From Ylistrum balloti (taxonomy: Eukaryota): a DNA stretch of 64,000 nucleotides. The notes below the pieces were generated by a model, which saw only the letters and a program-made list of their open reading frames with translations, searched no databases and was not told where the DNA came from. The DNA lies in NCBI RefSeq assembly GCF_031769215.1, contig NW_026782182.1, forward strand, positions 186,001 through 250,000. The letters are read 5' to 3'. Below are positions 26,901 to 41,900 of this stretch, piece by piece (positions within the stretch are counted from its first letter, which is position 1; every line of letters begins with the position of its first letter). Made by a program: the position numbers and the translations under genes.

Positions 26901-29900
26901 GACATGAGATTAGATTAGATTTTGTGAGATAAGGATACATGTATTTTCCATTATGGAATTAGGATGATCAAAATATGATGCAGTTGAATATTTTCATTTT
27001 AGTAATGCTATGGAGAATCTGTCGAGTAATCACCAGTCAGAGATGACAAAAATACGAGCACAAATTGAAAAAGATTTCAAGGACTCTAACAATGGACTGG
27101 CTTATCAACTTGACTCCGCTCAAAAGGTTGGTGTGCCTTTTTATCAAATTAAATTATAATTTAGATTTGTTTTTAAATGTGTTGTATATTAAAAATAAAC
27201 ACTGTTTGATGTTCAAAGAAAGAATATGATTTAGTTTAAGAAAAATGAAAAATGATTGTGTTTGTTCCCAAGGCCCTTGATGAGGCAGAAGAAGTTCTCC
27301 AGGATAAGGAAGACAAGATACAGGAGTTACAGGGACAACTTGACAGAATGACTTCTGAGGTCAAAGAAGTGCAACAGAAAGGAGAAGAGTCTGTAAAGGT
27401 AACCACTGGAACCAGCTGCAGACAGTGTTTTTCTTAACTTTGGAATACTTTATCTTAGGTTTCTTTCTTCAAAAAATGTGACAGAATTTAAAGTAGTTCT
27501 GGGTCAAAAACACATTCGTATAGCTGAAGCCTATCCCAGTTCCCAAACTATGAAGTTAATGAAAGGTGCTTCTAAGTTCACACTTGTCTTTTATGAGGTA
27601 GTATTGCCTAGTATTCAGTATTTCTTTATCTTTACAAGAGTATGTACTTGAGAATTCATCTTTCACTGTATTATATAAAATCACAATTAGAATGTCTTGC
27701 TGCTTTAACAGCACTAATAGGTAGCTAAAGATCACCTGATATACTGTATTATATAACTACCCAGATAAAATGTAACCAATTATTGGTAGTTTATGTTGAT
27801 GATCATTACTTGTATGTGAATAAAAAAAGTTTATTTATATTATCTCTTGTATTTCAGGAATTAATGCAAGAATTGAAGAACAAAGATATGTGAGTACTGT
27901 TTTGTCAGCACATTTCCTGAAGTTTATAGTCCTGTATCCTGTTTATAAGGGCCTAGTCTCCTGATAACTGGTCCTGTATCCTGTTTATAAGGACCTAGTC
28001 TCCTGATAACTGGTCCTGTATCCTGTTTATAAGGACCTAGTCTCCTGATAACTGGTCCTGTATCCTGTTTATAAGGACCTAGTCTCCTGATAACTGGTCC
28101 TTTATCCTGTTTACAAGGACCTAGTCTCCTGATAACTGGTCCTGTATCCTGTATCCTGGTCCTTTATCCTGTTTACAAGGACCTAGTCTCCTGATAACTG
28201 TTCCTGTATCCTGTTTATAAGGACCTCATCTCTAGATACTCAATCCTGTAACCTGTTTATGAATATCAAGTATTTGTCTTCTAAGGATATAGATATGGAT
28301 ACTGTCAAGGCCATTAGGATAAAGGTCAGGGTGACAATTCATTCAAAACAAGACTCCTTTACTTCATTGTTTGAAAAGAATTTTCTGGGAGATTGGAGTT
28401 ACTTATAGATACTTAATATAATTGATTTGCATTTGTAGCATGGTTTATAATTACACTTTCCAATGACTGATGATATTTCTATTGGTACAAGTTTCATGTA
28501 GTATATTTGTTTTCCACAAAAGTACTGAAAATAAAATTTGGAATTTTCCAGAGAGATACAGCATCTGACAGGCACAAATCTGAAGAACCAGGAAGACATA
28601 GATTTACTCCAACAACAGAAGGAACATGCTGAAGATGAGCTGGAAAAGTTGGAGAAGGAGCTTGGCAGGAGGGGTCGGGATCTGGAGGTGAGAAACAGCT
28701 TTTCGGAAATATAGATTTTGGCAGGAAGAGTAGAAAATGATAACAGAGAGGTTTGAGGAAATATAGATATGAGCAGGTGGGGTCAAGATCTAAAGGTGAG
28801 AAGGACAGAAAGGTTTGAGGGAATTAAGGTCTGGGCAGTAGTCGATGGGATCTGAAGTTGAAAAACACAGATGTCTTAAGTATTCAAGATCTCAACTGGA
28901 GGGGTTAGTATCAAGAGGTGAGGAAGGAATCTAGAGCTTGTTAGGAGGGGTTGGGATCTGGAGGAGTGAAACAGTGAAGTTTGAGGAAATCTAGAGCTAG
29001 ACAGGACCTTGAAATTAGAAATTGAAAAAAAGTTGCGAAAAATAATATTAAAAGGAAGACAGAGATGGCTGTCAAACAAAAAGATTGAAATTTACACTAA
29101 AGATACAGATTTAGAGATTTAAGTTTGGGTCTGCAGTTGTAGAATATGCATCATACAGTGGCCATATGTTTCCATGTAAATAACAGGATATTTTTATATT
29201 TGCATATATGGCCATGCCACTATATAAAGTAGCCAATAAATGTGATTCAGTGTACTAAAAATGATATGACCCTTATGATGTCAGTAGTGTGGACATAGAA
29301 ATGCTGACAGTTTGCTATCAAAATAGTTGTTCCATTTGAAATGTTACCAGCACACTGTCAAGAAGGAATAATTTATATTGGTAAGAACCAATTTATATCT
29401 TGTATAAGACAGCAACATAGGTAGGAAATGTAAACGTAAACATTGTCTTGTTATGGTACTGAGAGCCATTACAAATGACAGAGATTTGCAGGCGAACATA
29501 TCATATTGTACTAGCATCATTCAACAATAATGTTTATGTAAAGGTGGGAATGAATCTCTTTTCGATAGAATGTCACCCAAAAAAAACCCAAGTTTTAGAA
29601 ATATCCTATATATTTGTTACTCTATGTTTGTTAGCATGTGGCATGTTGAAGACAACAAGAGTTATTTCCCTTCATTATGTTTTGTTTCCATTTGATCAGT
29701 TTTGTTTGTAGCATGTGTATGACATCAGAGTGATAGACTTCACAGCTTAGCTGTACAGAATGTGTTTAATTTGGTTATTGTCATCATTATGAATATACCT
29801 TACTCATTCTGATATGAATGGAAGAAAATAAATTGAAAACCAATTTCATTTCTGTTATGGATATATTGAAACTTTATTAAGCTTATTCATTAAATTGACA

Positions 29901-32900
29901 TTAAATTGCTTGTGTGAAGGAATTACTCTTTGTTGCATTTTCCAAATTTTCTCCCTAGAATGTCGACACTGTTCCCTTGAATGTTGGTGGGACTTTCAGA
30001 CATTATTCCAGATGTTTATGATGATTGATGTTACATTTGATTGTATGATGTTTTTGTTGTTAGTTAAGTTGGATGTACACTGTATATGTTCTTGCATGTA
30101 GCAACTGTCGTGCTTTGTGAAGGACACTACCCTACTGGACAGTCAGTCTTTCCTCCTCAACAGTCATCTTCAGGTTTGTTTTAGACCACTTACTGGTCAG
30201 CATATCAGTGGTCAGTCTTACTGACTAGTCACATTAACTACAACTATATACTCACTGTTAACACATGATATATTTATACTTGTTTTAATGGAAACTTCAC
30301 TTTTTCTTCCACAAACTTTTACAGGTGATAAAAAATCTAAAAAGTTTTACTGTTTTGCAACTTGTGAAATTTCATTGCTAAATTTCATAATTAGCCAATC
30401 AGATTTTTTACAGGTACATAATAGATCAACTAAAATGGTATTTAGATAGGTCATTCTTGGTATGATAGTAATTCTTACCTTTTCATATTGCATGATCTTA
30501 TAGGAAATTACCTACCTCAGGTTCTTACAAAACAACACTATCCTATCATCAGAGCTGTTTTTGGAAGAGATATACAAATGTTTCAATATTAAGAAAAAAG
30601 TTTCATAGGGTGTTGATAAAATTCTGGTTCATAGATCAAAAAGTGGATTGATGCATTATGTTAGAAATCAAAACAAAGATGACATTGTTTCAGATGATTG
30701 TACAGCGGTGAAGAATCACTTGTACATTTTCTAAGGAATATAAACATACACGATAATGATTTCTCTATGAATAATTTGATGGTGAATGACCGATAGATGC
30801 TTCAAAATCTCAGAGAAATATAGCTGTATAATGTACCTATCAGTTCATGTAAGAACTAGCGCCAAGCACAGACGTGTATGAATCTAGTGTGAACATTATT
30901 CAGAATGGATGTAAAAGCCTACAATCAAAACACTTTAAAACAACGAAAATTGTTTGAAAAGGAAATAATATGCATTCTAATCGGGTTATACAAGATTAAT
31001 TTGAATGAATCAAAAATCAATCAACTATTTCCTTCAATAGATAAAAAACAATCCCTGTTTGATGACTCCTGATTGCATGTCTCCCATTGATATAAAATGT
31101 ATGACAGCATACAGATTATGCTTCCATTGTTGAACTTGTAGTAGACATAATGCAATTTGAATGATAAAATCACAATATGATTCTGATATATACCCATCCT
31201 GGTAATTATTGTAACACATTATAGTAAATTGTCTCCCTTTGTCTATGGCATGTACTGTTTATCTTACACCTTTAAAGGTTTTAAAAATCCTTATACTGTC
31301 TGAAAATTACTGTTTTGTTTTGGTTTTGTTTTTTAAGAAGAGAATGTTTTGAAAAAAATTTAACACATGATGAAAACATTGTCATGATATGAAATAAGGA
31401 AATTGAAATAAATGTTTTTCAATGTAACTGCATGTGTTTGAATGCTTTTTAACATACAAAGATCACATCTTCTCTTGATTAATGCTAAACAGATTTTCAA
31501 ACATATTTCAGATAAGTTCAAATATTATAGTTGAATGCTGTTTCATAGAATTAGAGTTAACAATAACTTTATCTTTGCATTCAGGATGCTGTCGATGACC
31601 AAAATGAAGCAATTAGGAAAATGGAGGAAAGGATTAAGGACGATGAATTAAAAGTGAAGGACAAGGATGAAATGATTGGGGTGTGTATTCTGATACAAGT
31701 ACACTAGATACACCTAAAGTAAACAGAGTACCAAGTGTGAGACCAACCTCAGACTGTACATATGTTTATGGGAAGACAAATCATGACCATAAAAACCTAC
31801 CTATTGTACAGTTTTAGGATTGTCTCATTAACACATACAAAAATAGTGATATTTATTAAAATAATGTATTCCATTCTTCAGTCACATACTCAGGTATTTC
31901 TGATTTCAGAAGCTAGAAGATCTTCTGAAATCTGTTGAAGCAAGCCGAAAGGTATGTACAGTGATACTGATCTATAGTCTCTTTGTTGATTGTTTTTGGA
32001 ATTATTTTCATAGTAGATGTTATTGCTCCTACAACAAAATGTCAGTTTCATTGTTCAAGTCAAATGGTTCAATGTCCTATACTGAAACATCACTCACAGG
32101 GGTTTGCTATGATACTTATAGGTAAGCAACAGCTGTTAGCTAGGTTCAACAGACAGATTAATATTCTCTTTAAACAGATGTCATGATCTTAAGCAATCAT
32201 AGAAATTCCATCCACTTGACATCCAGTTGTGTATCTTCAGCAAAGCCAGGAGATTAGAATCACAATATCTAACTTCTACAGATCCATCAGTCTATAGTCT
32301 AAATATATATATGGTTTCTACAGAACCATAAAACTTCTACTGAACTGTTACGGTGTCATAACAATAGACAACTTCTACTGAACTGTTACGGTGTCATAAC
32401 AATAGACAACTTCTACTGAACTGTTACGGTGTAATAACAATGTACAACTTCTACTGAACTGTTACGGTGTAATAACAATAGACAACTTCTACTGAACTGT
32501 TACGGTGTAATAACAATGTACAACTTCTACTGAACTGTTACGGTGTAATAACAATGTACAACTTCTACTGAACTGTTAGAAATTGAGAAATCTGTATTTC
32601 TTGATCTGAAGCTCACACCTGCACTCACTCATGTCCACACATATAAATAATACTTTACAGTTTTCTGTGTTTGTGATGAAATTTGATTGTACAAAAATAG
32701 GCATGTTAACTGTATTTGTTTTGACCTTGACAATTTTTTAAGGTCACAGAGGAGAAATGTAGAAATTATTGACAATGTTGACTTATTTGAACACAACTAC
32801 TTTTCTACATGTGTAGGATACAGAGAATGCTTTACAAGATACGGAAGATCAGTTACTGAAAGAGAAGACTAAAGGTGATATACGGGACAAAACTATCAAA

Positions 32901-35900
32901 GGTCTTCACACTGTTATCACTGCAAAAGCCAAAGAGGTAAGTCTACCTGATGATGAACATAGGCCTTCACAGTTAGAGTTTCTAAAGGTGAAGTAGTGAA
33001 ACTGCTTATTGCCCTCAACATTTCATTGGGGTGTCAAGTGTATTCCATGCCTGTTAGTCTCATTGTGTTATGTTATATCAAATTAGGCCATGATCAGTTT
33101 TGAATCTTTGTCATATTGTGAGAAACTCAAGACAAATTGATTCATATTAACCCCATAATGTCATAACATCAAATTCTACACCTGGTTAGATGCTGGTTTG
33201 TATGGGCACATTGGTATTTGTATATTATAGATGTTTTCTGGTTATATACATATTTTATAGAAGGAAATGTCGATGTTTGATAGAAGATGACTTTGTTTCT
33301 ACTTACATATGGTTTCACACAAGTGAAGGTATAGAACATATCTGGTTGATTATCTTAGTAATGAAACAAAGAAGAAATTCTACCCCATTTAGCGTGACAA
33401 AGTCACTTTTGTTGTTCGTTATGTCTGCTTAGTTAAACAAGGGTATTTTAGATACCAGGGCTTTTATAGAGGTAGGAGGGGAGTGGGGGGGCTTTTTGTT
33501 CCATTGGTGAGGCACCCTTCCTTATTGAAATTCATTCATATTTAGGCCAAATTCCTATAATTTACAATTTACCTCTGGAAATTTCCTGAAAAACACCCTC
33601 ATTCTAAACCAATGAATAAAGCCCTGGGTATATTTATTTCCCTGTGTCTGCATGATGGATGAAGGTAAATAATTATTGAAATAGGCCCATCCTGTATCTA
33701 TTCTGTTTTTTTTCTGATTTCTTTTTTAACCAACTTTGATATGTGGTTTTACACACATTTGTTTAGATGGAAGGTCTTGTGGAGAAATTGAGGGCACGAG
33801 ATGAGGAGATGAAGAAAATGCAAGAAGAGTTTCAGGATGCAGCAGTACAGCGACAGAAGGTAAGAGTTGATATGCTACAAGTATAGTGGACCAGCATGTA
33901 TTATTATATTGTTGTTGAATGTATAGATCCATGCTTATATAGTTTTAAATGTGGTTAGAGTATAAACTTGACAAAAGTTGTTTCGAATTTCATTGATCTC
34001 TCTTGTTGGCTTGGATAGAAATGTGTAAGGGGCCCTACTGAAGAAAGCCTGAATACTGGGGTAAAGCCTGCTTATTTTGGGGTGGAACCCTGGATAGCTT
34101 TGAATGTATATAATGCTGTTATATTGATGATTTAGGGAATGCTTTGCTTTCTACAATAAATTGTGTGAATCCAACATAGATTATATTTGTTACTGATATT
34201 ATAATTAGTAATGTTTTAGCCCTTTTTGATAATAATTAGAAAGTGATAAATTTCAGTAACTGCAATAATTATCATTTCTGTACGCTTTTTATTAAATCTT
34301 GAAAATAGTCACCTGTGCTCAGAAATTTGATCACACTAATATATTTTCGCATGTGTTGTGGCAACTGAAGTTGGTATGTCAACAGAAGCATCATTTAAGC
34401 ATGTGCGAGATATTGACCATTTAATATTTTATGAATGAAACAATTGTTAGCTTCCTATTAGAGCAGTATGTAGCAGACATTATTTACCAGGGTTACAATT
34501 GTTCTTACTGTACTTGTTATGAAACAGACTATACTACCATATGTGTGTTCAAAATGAGTTTTACTTTTGTGACACCATGACTGGATAGGAAATGGAAATT
34601 ATATGGGGTTGAAATCAAAGCATGGTATTTGTCTGACAGATACCTAGGAAGAAGCCTGGCAAAGGTTGCGAAAATAAATGAAGGACCTTGACCCTTATTC
34701 AAGGTCACAGGTTTCAAATTTGTTAAAACCTTGACACAACTTTTCTGACTAAACATAAGGCACATAAGCATGGTTTTTGGCTGATAGGTTCCTAGTGTGA
34801 AGCTGGACATATTTAGTGGAAAAGTGTGTCTAGGTCACAGCCCTATAAATTTTGAGGTGAAAAAAATTAACATTTACCCTGAATCCAGGACAAAACTGTA
34901 ACTATTTAGTGTTGAGTATTAGAAGCTGTTTGTTGTGGAAACTGGTTAAAATTGATTGGATGTGCCCACTTTGAATGCCATTGGTGTGCTTGTTAATGTA
35001 TTAGTGATAAACATTGATTCTATTTTAATGAACATTGAATACCAGGTGAGCAATACAGACCCATTAGGCCTCTTGTTTTCTGTAATTATAAAACTTGAAT
35101 GATCAACTTTTTATCAAATTATCCAATTAACCAAGATAGCAGACACTAGATTATGTACAGGGGATGTTTTTAAATAAGCCTGCTAACTACTTTTGAGTCA
35201 ATATTTACAGTTTGTCCTTTATTAAAACCATTCATTTGTTTCTTGAAGAAAACATGTTCATTACTTGAATCCAGTGTGAAGAGTATTGCCCCTTGTTCAT
35301 TGTGTTTAACCTATACCTTATATACTCTGTTATCTCTAATTTCCATTTTAATTTGAGGTACTTTTGCGATTTAGTGTCACGTATTTTACTATATACAGAT
35401 CTATGGCCCTTTGTTACTGGTTACTGCCAAAATGAGATGGGAAACTATGAATGGGAGGTTTGACTTGTTAGAAAGTGATTTTGGATTGATTTTAAGATTA
35501 CCATACTGTTTAGGTCTGTCTGGTTTTATCCACAGTTTCAAAAAAAAAAAAAAAAAAAGTGGATGCTATGGCCCTGATAAAACAATGCAAAAAAGTTGGT
35601 TAATACTTGACCTTTGAACTTCATATGTTAACAGGCAACATAACATTCCTTCAAGTTACCAATTTACTCATATTACAACTAATGGAGGTTTTCTTAGTTT
35701 TAAAAATTAACTTAAGGTTAAGAACCAACAGTATGTTTAATAGGTGTCATGCTGGCTGTTTAAAATGGATCCATGTCAACCTTGGCACAACTGCCCTTGA
35801 GCATAATGTTTGTCCCTGTACAGCTCATGCATCTAAAACTAAGTCTTACTCATTTAGACTGAAGTAATGATACACAATACTCAGTATGACTGACCGGTCA

Positions 35901-38900
35901 CTGGTATTTAATTAGTGGTACAACCAGTGCTAGTAGGTGACCAAACTGAACTAGATAGGGGACAGTTCCTTTTATCCACTCCAGTTTATATGAGCTGACC
36001 AGCCATAAAGACACTTAAAAAAATTACACTTTCATGGACAATGACATTGTCACAACAGCTTTTTACCTTATTTGATAAGGAAAGATGGATGTAATTGCTG
36101 GGGAGGGATGGGGGATTATTCTGCACACACACACACCTATTTCAGTAAGATTTACAGAAGTGGGGAGGGGGCAGGGGTTATATTGTGGTAAAATCTGTAT
36201 ATGTAGTTAAGCTCTAACATTCCATTCATTTAGGACTTTCGCGATTCATTTTTTAAACTGTCAGACAAGTACCAAGTTGTGGCTTTACAATGTTGACTGA
36301 CTTCACCTTGACCATGACCTACCTTGTAGCCTGTTGTGAAAAATTGCCAATACTTTAATTCTAAAGCATGTTGTGCAACCAATACGGAAAGGTGACTAAA
36401 TGGCTTGGCTTGTACCCAAATTATTTTATTTTACTCAAGTCTGTCCATCCGATACCTCAGTAGTCAAAGTTAGTGTTTAAGGTCACATTCATCAAATGAT
36501 GACGTTTATATTCACAGACTTTTTCTGGTTCCAGTTTTAAGCCCACCATCGGATCATCAGATAGTCAACTATTCAAATCACTCTATGATCTGTTCATTTG
36601 TCCGTTAGCAATTCTATATTTCTATAAAAGTACTTGGAGGATGAACCGTTCTTCAATTGTTTATGTCGGTTTGTCTTGGTCCCTAGTTGGGACTGATCTG
36701 AAAAATGATATGCCAGACAGGTAGCTATCTTGGAATTTAACAGTTATTGTGGGTGTTTGTCTTTGCTATTTTTGGAAAAGTGCTTTATGGATCATTTTCA
36801 AATTTCTTATGTATGTTCACATAGGTCCCAGGTTGTGATGTTAACTTTGAAAAAACAAACAGATGGCTATGCTGGTTTTTAACAGTAATAATCTTTAACT
36901 TTGCCTTGGTCCTTGTGCCCTTTTAATTTTGGTACTGCTCAGAAAAACAAAATGGCTGACTGGCAACCATCTTGGATTTGCCTGTGAAAGATTATTATCA
37001 CTAATTCTTAACTGTTTTAATCACTTTTTCACAAGAACCAACAAAAAACTGAACTTGTTTAGTAGTATATTTGCTATATTTGCATGCCTTATCTGAAGGT
37101 TGGTGGTATAGTCATTGACAATTGAACTTGGTTACCACTCCTTAAGGTTATATGCTGATATGCTACTATGAAATAGAGATACGATGTTTGTGTAAATTGA
37201 TTGTTTGTGTTCAATATTTTGTTTGTTATATTGTTTTTTATGTTTTCTTTTTTGTTGTGGTGGAACATGCAAATCAAATTTTGATTTTGAATTCATGCTT
37301 TTGACTTTTGACAATTAAAGAGATAAAGTTTTTAAGTTTCATTTTTTATCCCATTAATTTGAAATAAGTCTTCCCTCTCTTCCCTTCCAACCTCCAATCC
37401 TCCATCCAATAATTTGATAAGAAGGGATACTTTGACAAAATTTTAATCATAAGTGAAAATGAAATACAAAATACATATATGTACATGAAAAAACGCTTAT
37501 TTCAAAATTCATTTGAACAGAATTTGCTTTGAATGTGTTCCACGTAATTTACAAAAACTTTGTCTAACATGTGTTGTTCTGCATGGATGTATTAGGAGTT
37601 AGATCGCCAACATGAAGAGATCAACATGTTGGAGCAGAGAGAGGCCAGTGCAAAGGTTCGCCTGACAGAACAAGAAAATGAACTTGAGGTAATCTGGTGT
37701 GTGAGGCACCTTTCTTCATAACTGGTGGAGGAATATCTTAATGACTAAGTATAGCACACCAGTAGATAAGATGAAAATCACTTCACCTAAACAAACACTA
37801 TGGTGATTTATGTTTTTGTGAAATTCCTCCTATAATGATAACAAAAAGATAAAATCAGAGGTTCTTTCTTGCTAAACATGCTTTATTCATCATGGCAACA
37901 TCATCTTAAAAGCTAATTTGGAGTCAGCATATATTTTATAAGATTATAGAAATTTGACACATGTATCTATTTAATGGACTAAGTGTATGCCTCAGTCAGA
38001 TACCAAAACCAATTTCAAACATTTGATTTATAGAAATTCTATATAGATTTAGCTTGATTGATATACATGTGGTCCCTGATTGCATCACCACATGTTAACA
38101 CCTTACCAATGCACTGTAAACAGATATGGTAATTTTTTAGATTCAGTTCTGATGTTCATGAACTTCATTTTTTATTTGCTGTAAATATATCATTTAGATA
38201 AATGAAACTTTTTTGCTACTGCTCAGATAGGACTCAATATGCTTTAGTTTCATTTTCATAATGTTTTAGTGATAAATGTGCTCAGCATAGATGGTCAAAT
38301 ACTGAATGGACTAGGGGTATTTCTATAAATTGTACCTGGCTGAACTGACCACAAGATTTGATGCTGACAACACTTTTCATGAATAGGATGGGTTCTTAAA
38401 AAATAGGGGACATTCAAAAGTGTAACTTGTCTAGAACATCCCTGATATAGATGTAATAATAAGATAAAAAAAACCCAAAATTATGGAGGTAGAAAAATGT
38501 TGCTATAAAAACATAGTTGTCTTTTTTTTTACTGCACTTTACACCTTTATGCATGTTTTTAAACATAGGCCAGTGGAGTGAGTTGCTTTCAATTTACTAA
38601 CAAACAGAAGCATCTTATCTTGCATCTATGGCTTAATGAAGTGGCGTAGGTGTTCCTATATCAACAATGCTGGGTCAATAATGCTTGAGAAAGCCTCTTA
38701 TGTAGGCCAAAAATATAAATCTGTTATAGTCCCCAGGTAATTTCTGTCTCCATGATGTAACATTAAGGAATAGTTTTTTGTGAGGGTACTGCTCTGCTTT
38801 TTTTAACTTTGGATTGCATGGATTTGTTTTTGTTTTTTTTGTACAATGATATCGAAATTAATAAGGAATGCATATATGATTTTTAAAATGTTTGACATTG

Positions 38901-41900
38901 AAATGTTATTTCAATATGTTGTTTTCTTTATAGGATTTGTTTCTTCACTAATATCTGTTTTTTCCAATTTGTTAATTTTTTCTTATAGAAACTGTGTCCT
39001 TGTCACATTCTGTTAACATTTATAAAATCTGTTAATGTCTTCAATACACTCAAAATTCTAAACTAATGCGATGGAAGGTATGTGACTGTCAACAGCTATT
39101 AACAAAGACAAATTTTACTTTCGGAAAAGGATGACATTTCCCGAGTGTTATGTTTTCCCCCTGAGTATAAACAAAGTCCCCATAAAGAAAAAGGTACTGA
39201 AACTGAAAATAGAGACAACTTTCTCCTAATCAGAGGTAATTAGGTTTTTTTTTCTTAACACGTTTTCAAATCCTGCTCTCTAAAAAAAATATCAATCTAA
39301 CCTTAACATTATCTTATCTTGTTCATATAACTTTCATGTAAGTCATTAAGTTTTACCCCATCCCTCTTTTGAATTGTGACCATAATGGCTGTCCGAAATG
39401 CTTTCATTTCTCAAAATAACCCCCAAATTCCCTTTCTTCTACAATGGGTAATATCCCCCAATTTCTAGATTAATCCATCGTCAATATCATAGAGCTCACT
39501 GGAGTTCTACCTCACAGGACTGTAGATCATTACCATTAACTGTGTAGTGGGACAGACAACTTTACTGGGGATTTGTCTGGGAAAGATTAATAATTGTTAT
39601 TGGCATGAAACATGAAATTTATCTTTGGAAGGAAGAAAAACAATCTTGAAATTTTAATAAATAATTAGTAAAAACATTGCACCTTGTCCAAAATTTCTCT
39701 TCAATTTAATCTTATTTTGAATGAAAACAAAATTGAATTTAGATAATTTGTCCACCTGCGGTGTCCAGAAAATTCTAATTTTTAGTCGAAACGTAAATAC
39801 CTTTACATTTATTTTGATGGAAAGGATTCACCTTAATCCCCACTAATCCAGGTGGATTACTGCCTTTTGGTCTCTATTCTGTTTCTTAATCCACCAATCA
39901 AGATTGAGTGAATTACAGGTTAATGAGTATTAAATTCTTATCTATATCAAACACTTGTACAACAAATAACTTATCCTCACCGTCCCGATTAGGGACATTG
40001 TGTAATTTTTTGAGGCCATGTCAAGGGGAAACATAAAAAAATTTTACACCTGTATCCATATATATATACGTGAATCAGTAGAAATTCTAAACTATTGAAG
40101 TTTGTTAAGTGCTAATTTTTCAGAGTGACTTCAGCAGTTTTATATTAAAAGAAATAAATCAGTCTTTTTCTATTACATAAAGAGTAAAGGTATGAATATA
40201 ACCCTGATCAGTATGATGGTAATTAAACTATAGTTATTCCCGTTTGGCCCCAGGACAGCAAAGGTACATATAGATAATTACATCTCCTATACAGGTAAAT
40301 CTGTAATCCTAAGAATGATTGATCAACAATTAGTGATAAATTATTCATCAGGTAGCTCCCCACACATAGCTGGCCAGTAATGCACATAACAGGCCAATAC
40401 ATTTAATTAGACCTTGCAGGTTGTCAGAGGCACAACTACTGTAGGCCTTACCTTAGTACTGATATATACCTTTGAAAAACTACTTGAATTTTGGATCGCA
40501 TTGGACATTCCTCTATCGGTTTATGTCAGAATTTACCAGATTGGAATAATTCAGTTCTGTTGATTTTGGATGCAGAGAAAAAAATATCTAGTGCACACCT
40601 GTCTTGGAAGAGAAGTTTTCAGCATCATGCTTAATGCACTGGTAAAATAGTGCAAAGGTGTTTTGCAAGAGATGTGGAATTTAAGGATCAGCTGAATGAA
40701 GTTTTACAATGCGATAGATCAACATGGGAAAGTGTTGCAGATGAAGAACAAATTTTTGCTTTTTGGAGACAGAATTTTGTTTCCCCCCTTTTTTTACTTT
40801 AAAAATGTAGATTAATATTGTGAACATCACTTAGTAAAAAATGGATTTGGACATTACTTTGTGTGAGCAAAATGGAACAAGTTTGTCAATATCAATGATA
40901 TATAAAACCTAAGATGGAGGGGATTTGGGACGAGATTATGTGGGAGGAAGAGCGTACCTTACTAGGACTAGAGGACGACTATGTTCTCTACTCACAGAAC
41001 CTGATGCGGTCACTTGGTCGTAAGGAGGGAGAATTAGAGGGTTTCAAAGAGCTGCTCAGTAAGGCACAGAATGCTTTGCAACAGAGTGAGGATGCTGTAG
41101 AGGTAGGCATTTCTTTATTGAATTTGTTGTTTTAACAAAGGCATTGTTTACAGTAGAATTGTAGTTTGATGATATTCTGTATATATCAGGTTCCCAAAAC
41201 ACACCAGGAGGACAGTAACAGGGTGATGATAACCATTCATTGTTTCCACTTAGTATTGAACTTGTGGTTTACATCAATTTTTAGGTCACCTAACATTTCA
41301 GGGTGACCTATTGCGACCCCCTTTTGTCCAGCGTCATGCATTGTAAACTTTTAACATTTTCGACTTCTGGAAAACCCCTGAACCAATTTCAATGAAATTT
41401 TACAAAGATCTCTCATGGCTTAAAAGCACCAAAATTGTAAATCATATGGTCCCCAACCCCAAGGAGCCTGAGGGGCAGAGCCTCAAATTGATTGAAACTT
41501 TAAAAATCTTTTTCTCAAATGCCAGGTATGTTAGAATCAAGTACTCTTCATGGATGAAAAGGCTTCAGATGCTTTACCAAGATTGTAAATTCCATGACCC
41601 CAGATTCTCACATTTACCGCTTGGGAGGGGGTAAAGTTTACTATAGTTTATATAGAAAAAAATCACATTTTATAATATTATTTGTATATATTCTATTGGA
41701 AATAGTTCAAACCTGAATATATTTATTAGTTTAAGATAATAGTTTAATGAGATGCAAATATTGACCTTGGCTTGCCCCCCAGGGGCTGATTGGCGAGGCC
41801 AAATGGGCGTCAAATTGACTAAAATTTCAAATGTTCTGTTACTGAATGGAAAATTCTACATAGGAAAATTCAAATCTTCAGTGAAATTTCTTTTAATTCA

